From Clostridia bacterium (GTDB lineage: Bacteria; Bacillota; Clostridia; UBA1212; DUPL01): DNA of 64,000 nt. The notes under the pieces are model-generated. The model saw nothing but the letters and a program-made list of their open reading frames with translations. It had not been told where the DNA came from and did not search any database. Shown piece after piece: positions 47,843-57,836 of the stretch. The translations under genes and the position numbers were made by a program. Position 1 is the first letter of the stretch; the number at the start of each line of letters is the position of its first letter. Location of the stretch: the NCBI GenBank assembly GCA_050951325.1, contig JBMNIW010000003.1, forward strand, positions 320,001-384,000, read 5' to 3'.

Positions 47843-49729
47843 TTACAACTTTTCAATCATGTCTATTGCAGCATCGGCAATACTTTGCACATCCATGCCA
47901 TATCTTTTAAAAAGGGCATCAATGCTTCCATGAGGTATTGGACTTGATGGGAATCCAATAATCCGGCATGGTTTCTGTATGCCTTCTTCTGCCATTTGAC
48001 ATACAACGCTGCTGCCAAAACCCGAGACCTTGACTCCGTCCTCAAGGGTCATGTAGCACTTTGCCTTCGATACAAGATCCTTTATCCCCGATACATCCAA
48101 TGGATTTGCAAACCTTGCATTGAATACATTCACATTATATCCTTTTTCCTTAAGAAAATGTGATGCCTTCAATGCAGTTCCAACCATTTTCCCAATTGCA
48201 ATAAAAACTATATCGTAATTGTCCTTTTCTTCTTCCATTAGGAGACCTTGTCCAATAATACACGGATTGTCTGCCAAAAACTTTCTGTCGTACTCATACT
48301 CATCATAAGCAGGATACCTGATTACAAAAGGACCCTTATCGTATTCCAGAGCCATATCCATAAGTTGTATCTGCTCCTCTATGCAGCACGGCGCCGCTAT
48401 AGTAATATTTGGAATATGAGTCAAATACGCCATATCATATATTCCCTGATGCGTCTCTCCATCCATTCCGGATATTCCAGCTCTGTCCACAGCTATGACA
48501 ATGGGTAATGACTGCAGTGCCGCATCATGCAACACCTGATCATATGCTCTTTGCAAAAATGTAGAATACATCGCCACAAACGGCTTAACTCCTGTTGTAG
48601 CCATTCCGGAAGCCATGGTGATTGCATGCTGCTCTGCAATTCCCACATCATAGAACCTGTCCGGATATTTCGCCAGAAAGTCAGACAATCCGGTTCCGTT
48701 CTGCATTGCTGCGGTAATTGCTATAACTCTTTCGTCCTTTTCAGCAAGTTCGCACAAATGATTTGAAAAACTTTTTGAGAAGGATATTCTTTTTTCACTG
48801 TAAACTTCTCCCGTTTCCTTGTCAAAAGGTCCCACACCATGGAATTTGTCAGGATTGTCTTCAGCAATCTTGTAACCGTATCCTTTTTTGGTAACCACAT
48901 GCACAATGACAGGACCGTACATAAAGTCAGCTTTCTGCAATGCATCCCTTATCGCTTTAATATTATGTCCGTCCACCGGCCCAATATATTTGAAACCAAG
49001 TTCTTCAAAAATCTCTCCGGGAATAACAAGGATTTTAATGGACAACTTGAATTTCTGGATCAGCTTTACAAGCTTTTCGCCTATAAAAGGAATCTTGTAC
49101 AAGGTGTTCTTCAAACCCTTTTTGATGCGAATATATGAGCGTCCGGTTCTGATTTTTCCCAAATAACGCGACATGCCGCCTACGTTTCTTGATATGCTCA
49201 TTCCATTGTCATTGAGAATAATGACAAAATCATTAAAAACCCTGGCAGCGTCATTCAAAGCCTCAAATGCCATTCCGCCAGTAAGTGCTCCGTCACCTAT
49301 GACGGCTATGCATTTTGACTTTCCTTTTTGCAGACCAAGTCCGCGCATTATGCCAAGCGCTGCCGATATGGATGTGGAACTGTGTCCAGTATTGAAAGCA
49401 TCTGCAGGATTTTCCTCTCTTTTGGGAAAACCGCTAATGCCGTCAAGCTGCCGCAAGGTGGCAAGCTCCTTGTTTCTACCTGTAAGTATCTTGTGAACAT
49501 AACATTGGTGACCCACATCCCATACGATTCTGTCCTTGTAAGGGTTCCAGACCGTATACATGCCGAGGGTCAGCTCAACAATACCCAAATTGGATGCAAG
49601 ATGTCCGCCATTCTTGCTTACCACATCCACCAGCCTCTGTCTTATCTCCTCGGCCAGCTCATCAAGGGTTTCTATGTCAAGCTTTGGCAAATCTTCAGGT
49701 AGATTAAGTTTGTCAAGAAGACTCCCCAT
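47843..49729 (-). CDS. dxs: 1-deoxy-D-xylulose-5-phosphate synthase
   Basis: GGHLASNLG, WDVGHQ, GHSSTS, GDGALTGG, DVGIAEQHA, DGETHQG. Confidence 0.98.
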   Translation of the reverse strand: MGSLLDKLNLPEDLPKLDIETLDELAEEIRQRLVDVVSKNGGHLASNLGIVELTLGMYTVWNPYKDRIVWDVGHQCYVHKILTGRNKELATLRQLDGISGFPKREENPADAFNTGHSSTSISAALGIMRGLGLQKGKSKCIAVIGDGALTGGMAFEALNDAARVFNDFVIILNDNGMSISRNVGGMSRYLGKIRTGRSYIRIKKGLKNTLYKIPFIGEKLVKLIQKFKLSIKILVIPGEIFEELGFKYIGPVDGHNIKAIRDALQKADFMYGPVIVHVVTKKGYGYKIAEDNPDKFHGVGPFDKETGEVYSEKRISFSKSFSNHLCELAEKDERVIAITAAMQNGTGLSDFLAKYPDRFYDVGIAEQHAITMASGMATTGVKPFVAMYSTFLQRAYDQVLHDAALQSLPIVIAVDRAGISGMDGETHQGIYDMAYLTHIPNITIAAPCCIEEQIQLMDMALEYDKGPFVIRYPAYDEYEYDRKFLADNPCIIGQGLLMEEEKDNYDIVFIAIGKMVGTALKASHFLKEKGYNVNVFNARFANPLDVSGIKDLVSKAKCYMTLEDGVKVSGFGSSVVCQMAEEGIQKPCRIIGFPSSPIPHGSIDALFKRYGMDVQSIADAAIDMIEKL

Positions 49730-49744
49730 TAAATTCCCTTCCTT

Positions 49745-50635
49745 TTAATTTTCTCGCTTCAAAAGATAAACAGCAAGCTCCTTTAAAAACTTGCCCTTTT
49801 CTCCCAGTTTTTCAGCATAACCAATTGCCTTGTGTGTCAGTTCTTCGAGAAGTTCCTCGCAATACTCAAGTCCGTAAATCGTCACAAACGTGGTCTTGTT
49901 CTTCTCCACGTCCCTGCCGGTATTCTTCCCAAGAGTCTTTTCATCTCCTATACTGTCAAGTATATCATCTTTTATTTGAAATGCCACTCCTATTGTCTCC
50001 ACATAGTTTATCAGGATTTCGGCATTTTCATCCTCCATGCAGTTAGCAGCCTCAAGTGCAACCAAAACAGGCGCCTTCAAAAGACACCCTGTCTTGCCCT
50101 TGTACATGGTTTCCAGGACCTCTTTTGAAACCTCTTTGCCTTCGGACTGGATGTCAATAATCTGTCCTCCAATCATTCCTTCCGTTCCAGACATGACACT
50201 TACCTGATGCAGCATTCTCAACCCCCTTGTTGGATGCTCCATATCTATTGCCTTTTTACTCATTACCTCAAAAGCCTTGTTTAAAAGAGCATCTCCTGCA
50301 AGAATTGCAAGAGCCTCCGAAAACTCTATATGGCAAGTGTTCCTTCCCCTTCTAAGTTCGTCATTGTCAAGGGCTGGCAGGTCGTCATGTATGAGAGAAT
50401 ACGTATGTATCATCTCAATGGCACATGCAAACGGCATCACAGTGTCCTTGTCTATATCAAGTATTTCTGCACATGCAAGCAGAATAACAGGCCTTATCCT
50501 TTTCCCTCCAGCAAGCAGGCTGTATCTCATCGCCGTGTATATATCTTTTTGCAGGTTGTCTTTTTCAACAACCAGCTTGTCCAGATTTTCATTTATCTCA
50601 TCAACAAATTCATCAAACTTTTTTTCAAATGTCAC
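49745..50635 (-). CDS. ispA: Farnesyl diphosphate synthase/geranyltranstransferase
   Basis: GGKRIRP, SLIHDDLPALDNDELRRG, FQIKDDILD. Confidence 0.95.
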   Translation of the reverse strand: MTFEKKFDEFVDEINENLDKLVVEKDNLQKDIYTAMRYSLLAGGKRIRPVILLACAEILDIDKDTVMPFACAIEMIHTYSLIHDDLPALDNDELRRGRNTCHIEFSEALAILAGDALLNKAFEVMSKKAIDMEHPTRGLRMLHQVSVMSGTEGMIGGQIIDIQSEGKEVSKEVLETMYKGKTGCLLKAPVLVALEAANCMEDENAEILINYVETIGVAFQIKDDILDSIGDEKTLGKNTGRDVEKNKTTFVTIYGLEYCEELLEELTHKAIGYAEKLGEKGKFLKELAVYLLKREN

Positions 50636-50852
50636 TAAAAACTTCCTCCTCGGTAACTACTCCATTGTTTTCTGTTATTGCGGTAACTATTTTCTCATAA
50701 GAATCCAGTTTGGCTTGACAGTAATTAATTAGTTTCACGCCCTCCTGATATTTTGCAATAGTCTCCTCAAGAGGTAATTTGCCACTTTCCATCGTTTTTA
50801 TAATCTCCTCAATTTTGGCAAGAGCCTCTTCAAAACTCATTTCCTCATTCAT
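50625..50852 (-). CDS. xseB: Exodeoxyribonuclease VII small subunit
   Basis: SFEEAL..IEEII..MESG.LPLEE..YQEG. Confidence 0.94.
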   Translation of the reverse strand: MNEEMSFEEALAKIEEIIKTMESGKLPLEETIAKYQEGVKLINYCQAKLDSYEKIVTAITENNGVVTEEEVFSDI

Positions 50853-52044
50853 TATTATTCTCCCTCCTTGCATCAAAGCTTCCGTCCTTTACATGAATCT
50901 CAAAAACTTCACCCTCGGAAATATCTGAAACAGAATCAATTACCTTGCCGTCTTTTTTCCTGGCTACACTGTATCCTCTTTCCAAAATCTTGTACGGATC
51001 CAGTTGATACAGTACATCATTCAAACTGTTGAATCTTTGCTTTTTCATTTCAAAACCATAAGAAAACAAACTGTTTAGCTTGTCCGCCATAACACCAAGA
51101 TTCATATTCTCCCTCTGAATTATATCCAATGGCCTTCTGAAGACCGCAGAGTGCTTTACTCTGTCCAACTCCTTTCTTTTCAGCAGGATATTCCCCAGCG
51201 GAATATCCTGTATCTTGTTAAAGTAGGTCTCCAAAGTATACTTAAGATGCCTAAGCTCCGGCACTGCAAGTTCTGCGGCAGCAGAAGGCGTAGGGGCTCT
51301 CAAGTCCGCTGCAAAATCCGAAAGTGTGAAATCCGTTTCATGTCCAACGGCTGATATTACAGGAATTGAACATTCACTTATTGCTCGTACTGTCCTTTCT
51401 TCATTAAAAGCCCACAGTTCCTCCATGGAACCTCCACCTCTTGCCACAATCAAAACATCGCATATTCCAAGCCTTTCTGCAAGTTTCAAGGCATTCTCAA
51501 CTTGATAGGAGGCCATCTCTCCCTGGACCTGTACTGGAAACAGTACAATTTTCATTGTTGGAAATCTTCTGTAGGTTACATTCATTATGTCTTTAATAAC
51601 TGAGCCGCTTTTTGATGTAACTACACCTATACATGACGGAAGAAAGGGTATTTTCTTCTTTCTTTCGGAATCAAACAACCCTTCCTTTTGAAGTTTCTCC
51701 TTCAATTGCTCGTATGCGATATGTAAGGCTCCCAAACCAAAGGGTTCCATTGTATCTACATAAAACTGATAGCTCCCATCCCTTTCATATACTGAAACGC
51801 TGCCGTAAGCCAGCACTTTCATCCCATTCTCGGGCTGGAACTTCAGGCGAAGGTTTCTACTTCTAAACATGACGCAGCGGATGAGGCCTTCAGGGTCTTT
51901 AAGGGTAAAATATGAATGGCCGGTTGTATGGAGCTTGTAGTTTGATATTTCTCCAACAATCCAGATATTGGTGAGATTTCTGTCATTCTGCAGAAGTGTT
52001 TTGATATATGAGTTTATTTGGCTGACTGTAAAATATTTATCCAT
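50845..52044 (-). CDS. xseA: Exodeoxyribonuclease VII large subunit
   Basis: GEISN, GHSYFTLKD, ARGGGSMEELWAFNEE, SAVGHETD, RAPTPSAAAE. Confidence 0.98.
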   Translation of the reverse strand: MDKYFTVSQINSYIKTLLQNDRNLTNIWIVGEISNYKLHTTGHSYFTLKDPEGLIRCVMFRSRNLRLKFQPENGMKVLAYGSVSVYERDGSYQFYVDTMEPFGLGALHIAYEQLKEKLQKEGLFDSERKKKIPFLPSCIGVVTSKSGSVIKDIMNVTYRRFPTMKIVLFPVQVQGEMASYQVENALKLAERLGICDVLIVARGGGSMEELWAFNEERTVRAISECSIPVISAVGHETDFTLSDFAADLRAPTPSAAAELAVPELRHLKYTLETYFNKIQDIPLGNILLKRKELDRVKHSAVFRRPLDIIQRENMNLGVMADKLNSLFSYGFEMKKQRFNSLNDVLYQLDPYKILERGYSVARKKDGKVIDSVSDISEGEVFEIHVKDGSFDARRENNNE

Positions 52045-52504
52045 TTGCACCCTCTATCTCGCTGATAATGCTGGCAAGTATGCCGTTTATAAACGAGCCT
52101 GCGCCGTCATGACTGTACTTTTTCGCAAGCTCTACAGCCTCGTTTACCGAAACACTGAAGGGTATGTCCTCTCTGTATAGTATCTCGTAGACAGCCACCC
52201 TTAAAATTGCCACATCAATGCGGGCCATTCTTGAAATGGTCCAGCCTTTTGCGTGCTTGTTTATCATGGTGTCCAATCTATCCAGATTATCAAACACACC
52301 ATCCAAAACATTTTTCAAATAGGGCATGTCCAGTTCTTTTGTATAATTCAAATCATTCTCTTTCTCAGTATCGTCATCGTCAAAGTATTGGGCATTATCA
52401 ATAAATGTGGAGATCATTGCCTCCGTCATTATCTCTTCATCAGGCTGAAAACCTTGTTGAAATATCATTTTTACTGCTGCATCTCTTGACTCTCGTCTTC
52501 CCAT
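52037..52504 (-). CDS. nusB: Transcription antitermination factor NusB
   Basis: MGRRESR, ILRVAVYEI, VNEAVELAKKY, FINGIL. Confidence 0.97.
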   Translation of the reverse strand: MGRRESRDAAVKMIFQQGFQPDEEIMTEAMISTFIDNAQYFDDDDTEKENDLNYTKELDMPYLKNVLDGVFDNLDRLDTMINKHAKGWTISRMARIDVAILRVAVYEILYREDIPFSVSVNEAVELAKKYSHDGAGSFINGILASIISEIEGANG

Positions 52505-52525
52505 TAAACAACTTCCTCCATTATA

Positions 52526-52753
52526 TTATCTGTATGATCCGGGTGGTAGTATTTTATCCAACAAATTCTTTATGAAATCCTTGTCTTTCTGTATCTTCTT
52601 TCCAACATAATTTCCAACAAGCATGCAGAATATTAAAAACAGGGTTCTGAATATCCCTAAAAACACAAAACTAAGTCCTATCAACAGACCTATAATGGTG
52701 CCGTTTATGCTGTGGAAATTTCTCCGGTAGAATTTATAAATCCGTTTGAACAT
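52526..52753 (-). CDS. DUF2273 small membrane protein
   Basis: G..IGL...LG.FRTL pattern; canonical asp23-amaP-DUF2273-nusB context. Confidence 0.85.
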   Translation of the reverse strand: MFKRIYKFYRRNFHSINGTIIGLLIGLSFVFLGIFRTLFLIFCMLVGNYVGKKIQKDKDFIKNLLDKILPPGSYR

Positions 52754-52762
52754 GACACCCTC

Positions 52763-53308
52763 CTAACTCTGAGTGGCCGTATAAACGCTGTCCACACTCA
52801 CACTTATGTTCTGCACCTCAAGATCCATGGTAACTTCAACAGAGCCCTTGATTCTATCTTGAATGCTTTTGCAGAGGTTCGGCACGTGCACGTCTGGCAT
52901 TACCGACAGTTTCACTATTATATTTACTTTATCCTTCTTGAAATATGCTTTCGCTTTGGCATCCTTTACACCCTGGAATCTTCTGGACAGGGAGTTTGCA
53001 ACATTTTCAATGGCAGTAGTGGAAATCCTGACAACTCCCGACTCATTCTCGGTTACCAGATATTTTGACGATCTGGTGTTTTTGATTCCGGAGGTCAGGA
53101 AGAACACATTCAGACACAAGAAAACAAGACCGATAATAAACAACATAATGTCATACCTGTTTGATTGAAAAAAGTTTGCGTTAGTGTACTCGATAATGTA
53201 TTCCATCAATATCTTGTTGCCAAAAGGCGAAATCATAATAACAGCGCTTGCAACCGACGCTAAAAATGCATAAATTACCGCCAAAACCCTAAACAGATAA
53301 TTACTCAC
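52763..53308 (-). CDS. amaP: Alkaline shock response membrane anchor AmaP
   Basis: Two N-terminal TM segments, GVVRISTTAIEN, Asp23-like C-terminal domain; gene context. Confidence 0.85.
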   Translation of the reverse strand: MSNYLFRVLAVIYAFLASVASAVIMISPFGNKILMEYIIEYTNANFFQSNRYDIMLFIIGLVFLCLNVFFLTSGIKNTRSSKYLVTENESGVVRISTTAIENVANSLSRRFQGVKDAKAKAYFKKDKVNIIVKLSVMPDVHVPNLCKSIQDRIKGSVEVTMDLEVQNISVSVDSVYTATQS

Positions 53309-53687
53309 CAAAATCCACTCCTTGTACATGTATATTGACTACCGGAACCGAGATGCTTGTAAGCGCCTCCACAGTATCCTTTACCTTCTCTTGTATCTTC
53401 CAGGCAAGATCAGGTATCCTGTATCCATACTTCACAATTACATACAAATCTATCGTTGTTTCATCATTCTTTGTTTCAACCTTCACACCTTTGGCAGGAT
53501 TCTCCCCTCCAAAGGCTTCTACCAGACCACCGGCTATTCCAGGACTCATGGAAGCAACCCCCTCCACTTCGGAACAGGCAATCCCCGCTATAACGGCTAT
53601 AACCTCGTCCGTTATGAGTATGTCTTCCTTGTCATTTTCTTCGGGATAACCATTCATCATATTGTCATCATCAAAGGACTTGTCCAA
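53301..53687 (-). CDS. Asp23/Gls24 family envelope stress protein
   Basis: ITDEVIAVIAGIA..EVEGV, KGVKV, YGYRIP, VNIHVQGV. Start TTG 53687. Confidence 0.93.
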   Translation of the reverse strand: MDKSFDDDNMMNGYPEENDKEDILITDEVIAVIAGIACSEVEGVASMSPGIAGGLVEAFGGENPAKGVKVETKNDETTIDLYVIVKYGYRIPDLAWKIQEKVKDTVEALTSISVPVVNIHVQGVDFGE

Positions 53688-53816
53688 GTTTAATCCCCCT
53701 AGTATCTGTTTACGCAGATAATTATAACACATTATGACAAAACAGTCATAATAAAAAGTAAAAATGGCGCAATGCAAACTACACTGCGCCACCTCTACAT
53801 ATATGTCTTACATTCT

Positions 53817-54347
53817 TCAACTTATGTTCTTGACTACGATCTGATCAAGAGTTGCTCCTGTGGTGTCAATTGCTATGCCTGCAAGTACCATCACTTCCTG
53901 CTCGGTAAGCTCTTCAGCCATGACTGTCACATAAATATATCCATCTTCATCAAGCTCTACAATGACTTCCTCATAACCTCTTCCTTTAATGGCAGTCTCC
54001 ATGTCGGATTCAAGTTCGATCATCATCTCAATGGCATCCTTAAGCTCCATGGCCTGCACCTTTTCTTCCTCCGATGATTCCGTATCATCAATAACTGCAG
54101 CACACTCCGCTACCAAAAGACTTCTTTTGCTCTCTCTTTCCAATCTTGCTCCAGCAAAGAACTCCTCCGCATCCAGAATGGTCTCATCGAGATAATCGTC
54201 AGGATCATTCACTATGAGACCCTTCTTGTCGTCATCCTTGCCTGCCGCCTTGTCCTTGTTGTTCCTGATATTCTGAAATATGGCAGCTGCCAGAAGTACC
54301 AGACATATGCCAAGCGCTATCAACCGTTTTGTTTTAAGACTCATCAT
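53817..54347 (-). CDS. spoIIIAH: Stage III sporulation protein AH
   Basis: N-terminal TM, FFAGARLERE, E..IKGRGY; last gene of spoIIIA. Confidence 0.9.
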   Translation of the reverse strand: MMSLKTKRLIALGICLVLLAAAIFQNIRNNKDKAAGKDDDKKGLIVNDPDDYLDETILDAEEFFAGARLERESKRSLLVAECAAVIDDTESSEEEKVQAMELKDAIEMMIELESDMETAIKGRGYEEVIVELDEDGYIYVTVMAEELTEQEVMVLAGIAIDTTGATLDQIVVKNIS

Positions 54348-54402
54348 AACCCCTCCATCAAGCTCAATAAACTTCTAATTATACATAAATATATGATGCG
54401 TG

Positions 54403-55011
54403 TCAGCTCTTCATGCTAAGAATTTCAACCCTGTGAGGCTCAATTCCATATAAGGCTACCAAGGCATTCATAATGCGCTCCTTAACCACATTACTCCTGG
54501 CGCCTTGGGCAGATACCACTATTCCTTTCACCTTCGGATACACAACCTTAAGAACCACAGTGCCGTTGTTGTCAAAGACATCCTTTCTCTCCCTGTAATC
54601 ATTCTGCTTCCTCTTGCCTCCCTCGGAATCCTGCTCCTCAAGGTTTGATTCGTTCTTTTCGCTGTCATAAGCAGGAACCAGCTCACAGGACTCATCCACG
54701 TATACCAGAACTTTCACTTTCCCAACACCTTCAATGGTTGAAAGCAAATCCTCCATCTGCTTTTGAAGATAGTTTGCGTATTCATCAGGCCCCATAAGCT
54801 CCATGCCGCTTTCAATTTCTGATATGCCTGGTGTTTTGGTCGCCTGGGGCAAAAACATTTTAGGCGACTCTTTGCCCCCCGAAACGTCAAGCAACATGTT
54901 CCCCAGAATAATCAACAAACACCCAACCACCACCATTATAATTATCTTCTTGTATTTGGTGACAAACCCTTTTATCACTTCAATATTGTTTTTAAGATCC
55001 ATTTTCCACAC
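54403..55011 (-). CDS. spoIIIAG: Stage III sporulation protein AG
   Basis: LSTIEGVGKVKV, DSEGGKR, PKVKGIVVSAQGA, HRVEI. Confidence 0.93.
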   Translation of the reverse strand: MWKMDLKNNIEVIKGFVTKYKKIIIMVVVGCLLIILGNMLLDVSGGKESPKMFLPQATKTPGISEIESGMELMGPDEYANYLQKQMEDLLSTIEGVGKVKVLVYVDESCELVPAYDSEKNESNLEEQDSEGGKRKQNDYRERKDVFDNNGTVVLKVVYPKVKGIVVSAQGARSNVVKERIMNALVALYGIEPHRVEILSMKS

Positions 55012-55017
55012 CCCGTT

Positions 55018-55653
55018 TCAAACCCAGTCTATTGATATATTCTTCTCATCAACTCCAAGAAGAAGAGACACAACATATCTTATCTCCTTCTCCTTTTCCT
55101 TCTTCTCCTCACTTATCTTCTTTTCACCTTCCTCATCCTTGTGTTTCTTAACTTTGATTCCATCCGTACCTATAACAATCTTGTCAATCTTATCAATTGG
55201 CTTTACAATACTCTTTTTCTCCTTTTTGCCATCCTCCAGCCTCACATTACATGAAACTGATGCAACAAATCCAAAACTGTCCGATTCAATATCCCTGTTA
55301 ACCACAATCACTGTATCGCTCACAACTCCAATTCCCATCAAGGCATCGTTAACCTCTTTTTCAAGTCTGTTGACGTATTGATTCATAACCTCATCCGTAT
55401 ACATATTGTATTCCTCAGCATCCTTCACACCTGCAAGCAGTTCCGAATATGCCAGATTGACTTGTATCTTGTTGTTATTGATGTTCTTGAAAAAACCGTC
55501 CGCCAGATCTGTCAGAGGAGAAATAATCACTGCGAGAAAAACAAACCCAAAGGCTACCTTGCATGTTTTCTTGATATTTCCATCCGGCACCAGCTGCAAA
55601 AGCATGGTAAGAAGAAATGAGGATACAATTATTGTAAACAACCACTCTTTCAT
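55018..55653 (-). CDS. spoIIIAF: Stage III sporulation protein AF
   Basis: MKEW, two TM segments with P.G..KK, IISP; operon position. Confidence 0.88.
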   Translation of the reverse strand: MKEWLFTIIVSSFLLTMLLQLVPDGNIKKTCKVAFGFVFLAVIISPLTDLADGFFKNINNNKIQVNLAYSELLAGVKDAEEYNMYTDEVMNQYVNRLEKEVNDALMGIGVVSDTVIVVNRDIESDSFGFVASVSCNVRLEDGKKEKKSIVKPIDKIDKIVIGTDGIKVKKHKDEEGEKKISEEKKEKEKEIRYVVSLLLGVDEKNISIDWV

Positions 55654-56738
55654 AACGACCTCCCAAGAGAAACCATGACGGCAATATTTATAATATACAT
55701 TACACCAAGCAGTGCTGTGATTGACATTATCATGGACAATGCATCAGCAACCAGTGTAATCACCTTGCTAATCTTTTCATGGGCAACCGGTGATACAAAA
55801 ACGACAGCCAGCCTGTACAATATTACAATTGACAAAATCTTAATAAACGGAGAAAGACACGCCACAAATACCGCTGCCATGACCCCCACGCCCCCTGCAT
55901 CCTTAAGTATACCTGCTCCTGAAAACACCAGGTCCGCAGACTCGGCCAGGTATCTTCCCACCACAGGCACCATGCTTCCCGCATATTTTAATGTTCTCGT
56001 ACTTATGCTGGTAAAACTATTTGCCACTATGCCGGACACAGAGGCGCTGCAGGCAAACACCACCATCGTAATACCCAATATCCAGTTGAAGGTGCTTCTT
56101 ATTATTGTTCTTATTCCGGTTACACTGAACTTGTCCGATATGACCTCGCAGAATCCCAGAGCTCCGAATATAACGGCCAGAGGCAGCAGTATGCTTTTAA
56201 TTACCAAAGTCACTGACTGGGCAATAATCAGAAACACCGCTCCCTGGCTGTTTAGTGAAACAGCAGACAGAATTGGAATGGACGCCACCGTAATAGCTGA
56301 CATCTTGGTCATGGCTTCGTTGGCAAGACCTACAACTTTGACAAAATCAGCTACTGCAGGCACTGCCAGTATTGCAGCTGCCACAATCAGCACCGTTTCA
56401 GACCAGGAGGCCTTGTCCGGAGCAGATACGGAGAAAATAAATACAGTAAGATATGTAATCCCGATAATGTATAATACCGTATCCACATTCCCTGCAAGAT
56501 TCTTAAACAACTCACCCATAACCTTCAACAGTATCTCGCCAAAGGACAGATTCATCCTTCCCTCCATGGCATTCTCCATAATCGCAACAGGGTCAAGAAG
56601 CCCTTCCCATAAACTTCCCGCCGTATCCAACTTGTCCTTAAGTTCGTTAATAACCGTGTTATCCATAATGTCACCTGCCCTTAAAACAGAGTCTTCAGCG
56701 TGGACAAAAGTTTTACAGCCAGTGGCAAAGCCAGCCAT
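55650..56738 (-). CDS. spoIIIAE: Stage III sporulation protein AE
   Basis: Polytopic, VPVVGRYLAES, P..KI; operon position. The true start may be ATG near 56666. Confidence 0.88.
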   Translation of the reverse strand: MAGFATGCKTFVHAEDSVLRAGDIMDNTVINELKDKLDTAGSLWEGLLDPVAIMENAMEGRMNLSFGEILLKVMGELFKNLAGNVDTVLYIIGITYLTVFIFSVSAPDKASWSETVLIVAAAILAVPAVADFVKVVGLANEAMTKMSAITVASIPILSAVSLNSQGAVFLIIAQSVTLVIKSILLPLAVIFGALGFCEVISDKFSVTGIRTIIRSTFNWILGITMVVFACSASVSGIVANSFTSISTRTLKYAGSMVPVVGRYLAESADLVFSGAGILKDAGGVGVMAAVFVACLSPFIKILSIVILYRLAVVFVSPVAHEKISKVITLVADALSMIMSITALLGVMYIINIAVMVSLGRSL

Positions 56739-57070
56739 ACAATGAATATCCTGCCCGCAAGCTCTATCTTGCCTGCTATTGCTGTTTGCTCTGCGTCCTT
56801 GCAGGTGGACGAGGCAAACTCTGTTACGTATGCTATTCCCATAATCTTCATTAGAGTAACTGCTTCTTCTCCTGAAAGGTTTGCACTGCCATAGATGCCT
56901 GAAAGTGAATTTATAACGGACGCAAGCCTGTCTGTAAGAATTCCAAATATCATAATGCAGCCCATTATCGTCAGCGGAATCGTTAGCTCCGATTTGGTGT
57001 TTTTTAATAAAATTACCATTATAGCTGTAAATAAACCGATGACAACAACCTTTACAATATCCTCAAACAT
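56681..57070 (-). CDS. spoIIIAD: Stage III sporulation protein AD
   Basis: KIMGIAYVTEFASSTCKDA, AIAGKIELAG. Confidence 0.95.
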   Translation of the reverse strand: MFEDIVKVVVIGLFTAIMVILLKNTKSELTIPLTIMGCIMIFGILTDRLASVINSLSGIYGSANLSGEEAVTLMKIMGIAYVTEFASSTCKDAEQTAIAGKIELAGRIFIVWLALPLAVKLLSTLKTLF

Positions 57071-57083
57071 GACCTATCCCCTT

Positions 57084-57278
57084 TCAAAACCTGAACAAGT
57101 TCTTCAGGGTGTCAAACAAACTTGAAATCTCTCTTGCCATGATAACCAGCACCACAACCAAACCCGCCAAGGTTACCATCAGCGCCTGCTCATCCCTGCC
57201 AGATTGCTTCAAAAGTGAATTAAGTATCGCCACTATAATTCCAAGGGCCGCAATTTTGAAAATAAGATCTATGTCCAT
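57084..57278 (-). CDS. spoIIIAC: Stage III sporulation protein AC
   Basis: MDIDLIFKIAALGI..LKQSGRDEQA..TLAG. Confidence 0.96.
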   Translation of the reverse strand: MDIDLIFKIAALGIIVAILNSLLKQSGRDEQALMVTLAGLVVVLVIMAREISSLFDTLKNLFRF

Positions 57279-57294
57279 GATCAGTCTCCTTTAC

Positions 57295-57828
57295 TTACCA
57301 CAGAATTACAGATAATATGACGGATGCGGCGATGCATATTTTCGTCACTATACCGCCATCCCTTGTATTTATCTCTTCTGCCTTTTTTTCAAGCTCGCCA
57401 AGCCTCTCGATTACGTTATTTATAACCTCAGACTGAATCTCCGTCTTTGAATTCCCCAATACCGCCCCTATTTCATAAAGGGCAGTCTTGTCTTCAGCTT
57501 TTAAATAAAATGAGCCTTCAAAACTGTCAACAGCCTTGCTCCAAGCTTCATGTACTTCCATGCCTTTAACAAGGTTTTCTGCAGCACATGCAAACAGATC
57601 CCTTCCTCCTTCGTTTTTATACATGGCAAGACTGCATGCCATAAGTCCCTCCTCCAGAATACTGTATGTATTTATCTGGTTTATAAGATACCTAAGAGCA
57701 TTCTGCAAAGACGACAATATTCTGACCCGTTCCTTCAACGATTTTTTTATTGTATTCCCTAAAATCAAGGATGAAGATATGATTAGAACGCATCCACCAA
57801 TTTTTAAAGCATATACAGCATAACCCAT
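57295..57828 (-). CDS. spoIIIAB: Stage III sporulation protein AB
   Basis: LKIGG..II, G..LG.S..E.Q, C-terminal TM; operon position. Confidence 0.88.
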   Translation of the reverse strand: MGYAVYALKIGGCVLIISSSLILGNTIKKSLKERVRILSSLQNALRYLINQINTYSILEEGLMACSLAMYKNEGGRDLFACAAENLVKGMEVHEAWSKAVDSFEGSFYLKAEDKTALYEIGAVLGNSKTEIQSEVINNVIERLGELEKKAEEINTRDGGIVTKICIAASVILSVILW

Positions 57829-57836
57829 AAGCGCAT

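Noticed and set aside
53688-53792. N-terminal extension of Asp23 in the ORF track
   Set aside because: The region contains a hairpin (53765-53791) and promoter-like TATAAT; the SD GGGGG supports TTG 53687.
55675-56745. 356-aa plus-strand ORF, and similar ones at 3748-4548, 17404-18003, 45448-46221 and 54803-55381
   Set aside because: All lie antisense to well-supported conserved genes, as expected from codon bias.
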